NCBI GenBank assembly: GCA_038496445.1
Contig: JALMLS010000383.1
Location: forward strand, 1 to 35,015
DNA length: 35,015 nucleotides
Direction: 5' to 3'
DNA from: Trichosphaerium sp. ATCC 40318
Lineage: Eukaryota > Protista > Tubulinea
Each line of letters begins with the position of its first letter. The stretch's first letter is position 1. Positions 12,572-21,688 of this stretch are shown here, in pieces. The notes beneath the pieces were generated by a model, which ran no database searches, had not been told where the DNA came from, and saw nothing but the letters and a program-made list of their open reading frames with translations. Made by a program: the position numbers and the translations under genes.

Positions 12572-14279
12572 ATGAATTTGCTTAGTTTACCATGCGATCT
12601 ACTAGTACGTCTGGCGAAGATCTTTACGACTTCCATTCACTTTCAACGCGACTAACACACTTTTAAAGGTCGAAATAAGCAATTACAACAATCACACCTT
12701 TAAATCCTTACATTCGCTGTCAAAACTAGCAGCTGTGAAGACCCATTTTAAAGCGTACGTACTAGACTGGTTTTTAACGCTTTTGCGTTAGTTCTCATCG
12801 CAAAAAACCAAATGCGCCGCTAACTTTTTCGTTTTTTACAGAAATCTCAGTAAAAACGGTCTTTGGATACAATGGCACGATAATGGTAATTTGAAAGAGA
12901 AGTGCTACTACCAAGAGGGAATCAAGGAAGGAATGTTTTTAGCTTGGTACAAAGACGGGCAAATAAGTCACCAATGGCAAAACAAGAACGATCACGTTGC
13001 TGGAAAAGCTACAACGTGGTATTCAAATGGACAAATCCATTTAACTGGATTCGTTATTGAAGGAAAGCCTAAAGGAGAAACAAAGGTGTGGCACGAGAAT
13101 GGACAGTTACATAAAGCGTATTGTTTTAATGATAATGGAAAGATGGAAGGAGAGTTTCAAGAATGGAATAAAGACGGTGTTGATATTCGTCAGTGTTTCT
13201 ATAAAAATGGAGAAAAACAGGGTTTGTATATGGAGTGGCACAATGATGGTTCATTAAAGGAGCACAGCTATTACAAGGATAATGAGTATCATGGGGATTG
13301 TACAAAATGGAGTAGAACTAATCAAGTGATATTTAAAGGTAGTTACAAGGATGGTGAGAAAACAGGTGAACACAAGTTTTTACGTCCTGACTCTGGGGTG
13401 TTGTACAAAACACGTGTTTTTACTAAAACGCAAAGTGGTCTTAACATAGTAGAAAAGAGGAAATTTGATGAGGGTGGGCGGTTGGAGTGTTCTGCTTTCT
13501 ACAAAGAAGTCAGTGAGAGTAAAATTAAAGAAAAACAAGCAGATCGCAGATCACGCCGCCTGAATTTGGTTAGCAGCTCTATCTCAGCAGTTGGGCATGG
13601 TGAATACAAATGCTGGTACCCTAGTAATGGTCAACTGAAAGTTGAGTGTTTTTATAAAGACGGGAAGATTCAAGGTGAGAAAAAAAAGTGGCATGAGAAC
13701 GGACAACTGAAATCAGTTGTTGGATTTAAAGATGGATTAGAAGAAGGAGAATTTAAAGAATTTTATGATAATGGCCAGTTAAAGGAGAAGCACTTCTTTA
13801 AGGAAGGTATGAAGGAGGGAGAATGTACTGAGTGGGGTTACCATGGAGAATTTACAAAGTGTTGTTTTTATAAGAATGATAAGCTTGATGGAGAGTATCA
13901 GACTTGGAATGATGATGGTAAGTACTGTGTTCATTGCTTTTACAAAAATGGAGTAAAAGTTGGTAAATATGACGAATGGAATTACAAAGGAGTAATGCAA
14001 TTAGATTGCTTTTATGATGATAATGGAAAGTTAGAAGGAGAGTATAAAAAATGGAACTTTAGCGGAGTATTAGTGAAGTCTTGTTCTTATAAGAATAATA
14101 AGTTACATGGATTTTATATGATTAGAACAGTAGATGATGATTATGAAGAGGAGGTGACTTATACAAGTTATGAGAATGGAGTAGAGGTAGAATATAAGAA
14201 GCTTTATGAAGATAAACTGGCGCTTCAAAAAGAAGTTCAAGAACTTAAGGAACAACTGAAAGAAAGCCAAAACAAATAA
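12572..14279 (+). CDS. F-box-like + long MORN-variant repeat protein with 2 N-terminal introns
   Basis: Exons MNLLSLPCDLL|VEISNY..LSKLAAVKTHFKA|NLSKNGLW splice in frame to ORF 12891-14279, which has many GxxxxWxxNG repeats and a C-terminal coiled coil. Confidence 0.85.
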
Positions 14280-14490
14280 GTTTTGTAAAATGATAATATC
14301 CACAAAAAAACGTTTGTGAAACGTCAATACTCTTTTGTAAGTAAACAAAAAAACATTGGACGAAGCAACTGAAGTTGTGTTTGACTAGTGTTACTGTACT
14401 GCTACTTGTACACCATAGTAAGTATTGGAAACAAGTAATGCATAACTTTTATTTACTCGTCAACTAATCACTAATTTATCTTTACTACAA

Positions 14491-15524
14491 CAGTGGTAAA
14501 ATGAAAACGGGATTTTGGATATAAATCCCACTAAATTCCTTTGTTTTAGGGATTTTTAAGGTAATTTGTGAAGAATTCTTATTTTTATTTTTTTTTTATG
14601 GCAGGATTTTTGATAGAATTACCATAATATTCCCTTAAATACAGAATTTTCAGAATTATTGTACAAAATCCACCAAATAATGTACTAATTTAGTTAGGGT
14701 TAGGGTTAGGGCTAGGGTTGAGGTTTATGAAAGGTACAAATTAAGTTAGGGTTAGGGTTTAGTTTTATATTTGCAAAAAACCATCGACACCTTAGGTACA
14801 TAGGTTTTTCTAGCAAACAATATCCACATGCTATTATTAAAGGTGAAAAAGCCAATGGTACAGGTTAAAGTGCATTAATCCAAAAAGTAACAGAGAACGC
14901 GTTTTAGGTGGTTTGGAAAATCACTTAAACATAAATATCTCTTACTTATTTGTTTTAGGATGATTAAAGCATTGCAACAGCCTTATTACACCATTAAAGA
15001 ATGTATTTAAAGCATTAACTCCAAGTACGTTGTTTTTAAAGCTTATTTCCACTTAATTTATCAAAAAACCCTACGCGTTCTTAATTTAGCGTTTACAAAT
15101 GCATTAATTATTGTTCAGGCTCTCAAAACCAAATGCAATCAAATTACTTCTTTCGTTTATGAAGACATGATGTATTTAACTTGTACGTGTTATTTAGGAT
15201 GTTTGTATTTTGTAATGATCAATAAATAAAATGACTTTGCATTAATTCTGAACCAAAGTATCGAATAATATTTTGTGTAATTTATAAAGTATTTTTTATT
15301 GAAATCTACAAAAAATACATTAAGAAATGCTATAAAGAATACATAGAGAATTCTATATAAAATACATACGCAATTCCAAAAGTAATACTCTAAGAATTCT
15401 ATGAGTAATACTTATGGAATTTCATATAAATTCAATGGGAATTAAGGAAGAGTTTTTCCGTCTACTTTTCCCATAGGAAAACAAGGTGGATTACTTAAAA
15501 ATTCCCATTTTTATTTTACTACTG
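14491..15524. mobile_element. Non-autonomous AT-rich TIR element with internal TTAGGG repeats
   Basis: Left end CAGTGGTAAAATGAAAACGGGA matches the reverse complement of the right end CAGTAGTAAAATAAAAATGGGA at 19/22. No ORF. AA flanks both ends. Confidence 0.65.
14694..14757 (+). repeat. Interstitial telomere-like repeats
   Basis: (TTAGGG)3 CTAGGG at 14694-14717 and (TTAGGG)2 at 14746-14757. Confidence 0.8.
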
Positions 15525-17178
15525 AAAGGAGTTGTTTTGACACTTTACAAATTTTGCACGTTCAAGCACTGTAAAGCCTAATTCCTTCATAACTTCACCT
15601 GTTATTTCATGTATGTCATTAACGCACATACAGTTCAACAGTAACCCAAGGTTTTGTGTGCGTTGTTCGTCAAAACCGGACATCGTCAATATCTTAGTCC
15701 ACTCTAATTTTTTGTAGCTTTTGGCAGATGTAATATCTATTGGTTTACCACCGATAGTACCATTTGTATAATCTATTTTTAGTTCAGCAGGAATATCTAC
15801 AGGCACATGAAGTAAGGTTTTATGTTTGATTCCGTCTATGAGAAACATGGCAACAGTGACCTCAAGAATATTCAATCTGCCACTCCCGTCTTGATCAGCA
15901 ATGGTCCATATACGCGATAACTGTGAAGTTCTAAAACGAAATTCAGGAACAAGTTGGGTTTTTTTGGCATGTGTGCTGTACCCTAGTTTGGAAAGCAAAA
16001 ATAAATCTTTGCCTTGTTGGGTATCAATGTATCCAACATCGGAAGTGTCATGTTTACGAAACAGACCTTTGTATGCTTGTATATCTGAATCGGGTATACA
16101 CCATAATTTTTTATCACTATTTTGAACTTCTGTTCTAAGTAAAGTTTGACTTTGCAAAAAATACTGAGAAATATCTTTTTTGTGTTCGTACTTAGTGCCA
16201 CTAGTTATCATACCAGCTCCATTACCTTCTGCAGTTTCCACTGTACTGGTACCAATAGTGCCATGTATATAATCAATTTTTAGTTCCTGAGGAACATCTG
16301 CAGGTATATGAGTTACAGTTTTATTTTTGATTCCATTTAGGAGAAACATGGCAACAGTGAATTCGAGAACATTCAATCTGCCTCTCCTGTTTTGATCAGC
16401 AATACTCCAAATAACTGCCAATTGTGCATTTCTTTAATAATAGGTAATAAGCACAAAAAAACGTTTTATATCACATGTTGCATACCCCATTTTGTAAGGA
16501 ACAAATAATTCTTTGCATTGTTGTCCATCAATGTATCCAACGTTAGACGTATCTAGTTTATGAAACAGAGCTTTGTATGTTTTCATCTCTGAATCTGGTA
16601 TACACCACATGTCCTTTGAATCTTCAAGGTGTTCTTGCTCTCTGAATTGGAAGAAAAGTTGGTATTTGTTCAACTGGTTTTTTTTGTGTCTCGTACTTGT
16701 TACTACTGATAGCCACACCAGCGCCAGTTGTCCCACCGATGGTACCATTTTCATAGTCGATTTTGAGTTCAGGAGGTACATCTGTAGGCACATGAGGTAA
16801 GGTTTTACATTTGATTCCATCTATTGTGCATTACATGCAGATCAAAAGATTGTACTGCAAAATGTATATAATGACGTGACATACAACAACACAACAATAA
16901 AATGTCACAACAACACAACAACAAAGTGACACAACAACACAACAAGCTGACGGCAAAATGTACAAAGTATACTTGTAACAAAAATTAACACACAGCCATT
17001 AGAAATATGTACACATTGTGTCTAAACATGTGCAGTAAAAGCTCACAATGGTTTGAAAATCAGAAAGTGTGAAAATATTACTCCTGTGTCGTCACAGACA
17101 TTAAAAAAACTGCACAGTAGGCAAGACTTATTCGCAAATCCAGAAAATAACAAAATCTAATATTTATTTGTAGACAGC

Positions 17179-18781
17179 TTACATAGTATTTCTAACTGAA
17201 AAATCACACACAGCTTGGTTACGATGACATACATAATAATAAATACAATCTTTTCTATTAAATATTTTACTAGCAGGCTGTTGGCAGTAGCAGAGTACAC
17301 CTGATTTCTTCTTCTGAAAAACTCGTTATTGAAAAAAAAAAATTATCAAATTACGCACAATGCACTTGAGTAAATGCCCCACTAATGCTGCGTCCACAAT
17401 TGTCTCATGTTCATTAGTGTACAAGTGAGTGTGAACAAGAGGTTCTGGTAACCCATACAATTGATGTGTGTTTGCGTAGTATTGTAGTGCTAGCTCATCA
17501 TCAAGTTGTTCAAGCTCTTCTTCCTTTTTTTTCTTTCTTGATTGTTGCTCCATGCGCATTTGTGCAGCGTGAGCGTGCTAAACTAGTTAGTGAAGGCTTG
17601 TAACAATTACACTACCTTTTTTTGGCGTTTTATGCGGTTTTGGAATTGTTTAACATCCTAATTGCATTTAACAAGCAAAAAAAAACACGTGATTGTTTGG
17701 TCTACAAAATTAAGCACGAAAATTGTGATAACGTTTACCTCCTCACACTTGCTAGTAAATTTGCGTTTGGAACGCTATATAATCATTAAAATTACTGTAC
17801 ATTTGGTAAAACTTACTGTTCGGACAGTGATGACATTATTGATGTCGTCTATGTCCTACTCGTATTAGTACTAACTATTAAACCAAAAAAAACCACATGG
17901 TACGTTTTTTCTTCCCAAAATGTAGCCTTTTCCGCTGAACTAATCAAATTAGCATTATCTTTGTGTGCGGTGTACCTTTGAGGATAGGAGTGCAGCCTAA
18001 AATTACATGTGAGTGAAAACTACCAAAACTCATAAACTCAAACGTACGTCTTTTTTTTCTGGCTTGTCTGGTGTGTGGATTGATTTTTCTTGTTCAAGGT
18101 TTGAAAACAAGTTTGGAGAGTAAACTAATCAGCGTTACACCCATCTTGAAAATTACATACTTGCTTGTTTGACCTCACGTTCAGGTGTAGACAAAAGGTA
18201 ATTGTATTTTGCTAACTCCTCTAAAGTGAAATTAAAACGCAGGTAGGTTACACAAAGACATACTAGGTGGACTGTTTTTCCACTGTTTTTGTGATGCCAA
18301 GTTTTTTAATTCTTCCAGCGCACTATTATATTGCTCCATTTGCTTCAAACGTGCTTGAATGTTGCTAGAACCCAGGGACGCTCTGATTTTTGCTTCATCC
18401 ACCTGACGTTTACTTTTAATGCTATTTTGTAGCTTCGTAGCCTATAACATTGAGATGCAAACAAAAAACTCTCTTGTACCAGCTGCTTCAACTGAATGTT
18501 GGTCCTCAGGTCTTTACCATGGCCGTCTGTGTGAGGAATGTTATTTCAAATGTAGCACAAATAAACGTACAGTGGCTTTGTTTACACCACGTTTTGCTTA
18601 GGCAAATTACATCTTCATTATTTACTTAAGGACACCTGTGTTGTCTACCATTCCGTTTGAACCTCATATCACTCTTAACAAGATGACAAATGGTACATAT
18701 ATGGCCTCTATTATTGCGCAATGGTATAGGATCAACTGGATAACCTGCTGGTCTAGGTGGATCAGGAGGTACGTGTGTCAT
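17179..18781 (-). CDS. Transposon second gene: Cys/His finger, coiled coil, SHP-box-like motif and GRF-like zinc finger (about 12 exons)
   Basis: Phase-consistent GT..AG chain: MTHVPPDPP..HICTICH..HRCP*..CLSKTWCKQSH|YGH..|..|FSGKGYILGRKN|..|LCYCQQPASKIFNRKDCIYYYVCHRNQAVCDFSV. One in-frame TAA at 18626-18628, which a weak 39-nt intron could remove. Confidence 0.65.
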
Positions 18782-18827
18782 TGTTTAATAAACTAAATGT
18801 ATTTATTTTTCCATCACAAAATCACAT

Positions 18828-19991
18828 ATGGCAACAGAAAAAGCTACTTATATGTTAGGTTTGGCTGCCGCAGTAGGTGGTCAAAGCTTTGCTAGAAAGC
18901 TTTTTGGAGCATCTGCTGGAAAGACAAAATACTGGCTCACAAAATTTGTAGATCCCACCTTTCATAGCAACAAAAATGGGGGGCTTCGCACAACAAAGTT
19001 TACTCCAGGTAGATTTTTTTTTTGAGTTTAGTTAATTGTTGTTTAGAGCAAGAAAAAAATGTGTGGGATGTTGTACTTTTTTTACACAGTGTGGACCCCC
19101 AACTGACGTTGATTGAGTATGCCACGGTAATCAACGAATTAATTGTGCCATATAAAATCTCTAAAGCATGGATATCACGGAGATTTATTGCTATGGGGTG
19201 GACTTGGAAAGTATGAACATATAAATTTTTTGATATTTTTTTATTTATTTTTTTGCAGGTTGTGGAGCACAAGCAAATTCAAAAATACACTCCAGAAAAT
19301 ATGTTACACTATAACAGGTTTCTTTCTTTTGTATTGTCAGTGTCTCCATCACAGTTAAAGTTTGCAGACGAGACACACTTTGTTTCTAAAAGTTTGTATT
19401 TTTTTTTTTAATTTTTTTTTTTCACTTTTTTTTTAGGCAACTATCGAAAATATGGCCGAGGCCCTTGTGGCCATAAAGTAGTAGTTATTAATGAACCTAT
19501 TCTAAGTAAGTCCGCTAACCTAACTATATTGACGTCACTTACTGCAGATGTACGTTTTTATCCCAACAATCGTTTTTTCTCAAATTTCTATTAAAAAAAT
19601 TATATAGGTTCCAGTGCTTGGTATGTATCATAAACACAAGAACACACAGCATGATTGGGCGTCTTTTGTTTACTATGCACTAAAAAATGATTATTTGGTG
19701 GCTGGAGATATTTTGGTATGTGATAATGCCCCTATTCACTGTGCCGACAAAGTACTAGTACTAGTAACAGAGGCTTGTGAATCAAAAAATGTGAAATTAT
19801 TATTACTACCAACTTATTCACTGGAGCTAAACCCTTGTGAACTTGTATTCGGAACAGTAAAAAATCACATCCGTTATTACAGAGGAAAAGAGCCTTTAGA
19901 TGTAGAAGTAATGATGGCATTGTCAAGAATTTCAAAAACAAAACTTAAAAACTTTTATAAAAAATGTCGTGGTGGTGTAGAGCTTGAATAA
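18828..19991 (+). CDS. IS630/Tc1-like DDE transposase, 5 exons, D-D38-E
   Basis: Spliced ORF is open: HTH-like region, KFADETHF, ILVCDNAPIH and LPTYSLELNPCELVFGTVK. 38 residues lie between the second D and the E. Confidence 0.9.
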
Positions 19992-21688
19992 ATTTTGGCC
20001 TGTACTTATTAAAGTAACTTCATTAAACAGCAAACTTGTTCTTTTTATTGAGTACTATTAATAGATCTTGCCATACTGTGCACTTGTCTACTGTACATTT
20101 TGCCGTCAGCTTGTTGTGTTGTTGTGTCACTTTGTTGTTGTGTTGTTGTGACATTTTATTGTTGTGTTGTTGTATGTCACGTCATTATATACATTTTGCA
20201 GTACAATCTTTTGATTTGCATGTAACGCACAATATGAGAAACATGGCAACAGTGAATTCAAGAATATTCAATCTGCCACTCTCATCTTGATCAACAATGC
20301 CCCATATCATTGCCAAGTCCATTTTACTATAATGTAACGGAAGAAATTAATACACATGACACTGGTAGAGTTGACATTGTTATCATACTGCAAGTTGTAT
20401 TGCATAAACAGCTGTTTACATCGTTTTCCTGAAATGTAACCATTGTTGTCACTATCTTCTTTATAGAATAGTGTTTGAAACTCTTGCTGCTTTGAATCCG
20501 GAATTCTCCACATGTGCTCTATTTTTGCAAATGAGAATTAAAATGATAATATACATTGTATAATATTAGTGTTTGATTTCCAAGAAACTTCTGGTGTGTA
20601 GTTGTAATCAACAGAAATGTCTTTTACCTGAACGCTTGTTTGAAAGTATACGCAGGTCAAATACCTTTGAATGGATTGAATTATTACTGTAAGAGCAGAT
20701 TACAGTATAACTGGCAGAAATAAAGCTCTTTGAAGCGATTTCTTTTTGAATACCTCAAACAGGCGTTTTGTTCAATATTATTACCCGCACACTTGTGCTG
20801 GTGAAATGTGCCACGAAGTTGTGATACTCAAATTGTAACTGAAGTAAAGTGAAGAAATTAGTGGTACCAAATAAATGTCAATAGTTTTCTCCATCAAAAA
20901 AAAAAAAAAAAGACTCGTAAAGCAATAATGCGAACATAACCGATAGCAGTCACATCAGTGATTTATTTTACACAGCCTACCACCAGTATTTTTAAAGCAA
21001 TTATTAACTTACAGTCCCACGAGCAGGGAAGAGATTTTCTACTGAATCTGAATAACTCTGTGTTATTTGAACGGCTTGAGTTAAAAACATTAAGTACTGA
21101 AACCAAGACAGTGGCATGGTTTCGTTAGAAAGATAATAAGAATCGTTCAACGGCTTACAAGTGGTCACTAGTGGTATACAATGTCCATGCAAAGAGGCTC
21201 ACAACTAACACGTTAGTACTCAGTTATCATAACATAACCAGAAGGTAATTTACATAAGGTTACACGCAATAGTATGTAATTATTAGCAGAAAATAAGTGT
21301 GGTTCCTTTTCGCTAAATTTTTTTACAGCAACATGTTGTGAGACAGCTATGCATGATCTCAAACACCTTTTTCACTCAGTTTTCGAACAGTTTTGTTACC
21401 TTTCTGAACCGTCATTATATGGTAGATTCTGGGAGAAGTACATAAAGGCCGCATAGTTGAGTACATTTGAAAAACAACCAAAAGATCCTCAGTGAGGACA
21501 CTGTAATGCTCTTTGTTTGTTCAAATGTGTTTTCTAGGCAACACCTATGGTAACGAGTAAGGTCTATATTCGCCGATGCACGCACCTTGTAGATGCTCGT
21601 AGATTTGTTCTTTTTTTTGATTTTTTACATACAATGAAAAAAGGTGATTGACGGTGCCAATGTAAGTTTTATTATTTGTTTTGATTGT

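Larger units (their letters stand above)
16824..20232. mobile_element. IS630/Tc1-superfamily DNA transposon with two genes
   Basis: 141-bp near-perfect TIRs (16824-16964, 20092-20232) and TA duplications at 16822-16823 and 20233-20234. Removing the element restores an EH repeat matching the paralogous repeat near 15830. Confidence 0.95.
15519..20513 (-). pseudogene. Triple EH (Eps15-homology) domain protein with C-terminal SAM-like domain, split by a transposon; 5' exons probably extend beyond 20513
   Basis: Three repeats of W(C/R)IPDS..F.K.D....GYI.G...K.LF...IW.I.DQ...GRLN.LEFTVAMFL. The first repeat is interrupted at the TA of ..TCCATC-TA-TGAGAAACATGG. C-terminal MKELGFTVLERAKF is SAM-like. 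Confidence 0.8.

Noticed and set aside
14694-14757. True chromosome end
   Set aside because: Only a few repeats, internal, flanked by genes on both sides.
7554-18628. Alternative genetic code suggested by in-frame TAG (7554) and TAA (18626)
   Set aside because: TAA, TGA and TAG all end other genes at expected positions, and long ORFs lack internal stops.
17179-18781. Fanzor/TnpB cargo in the IS630/Tc1 element
   Set aside because: No RuvC motifs or TnpB-type zinc ribbon in the spliced product, and no recognisable omega-RNA region.
20036-20290. Cys-rich ORF (LLCCC repeats)
   Set aside because: It is a translation of the TIR internal repeats.
20880-21600. Possible extra minus-strand exons
   Set aside because: Splice-like signals are present but I could not build a phase-consistent model or recognise a domain; they may be the 5' part of the EH gene.
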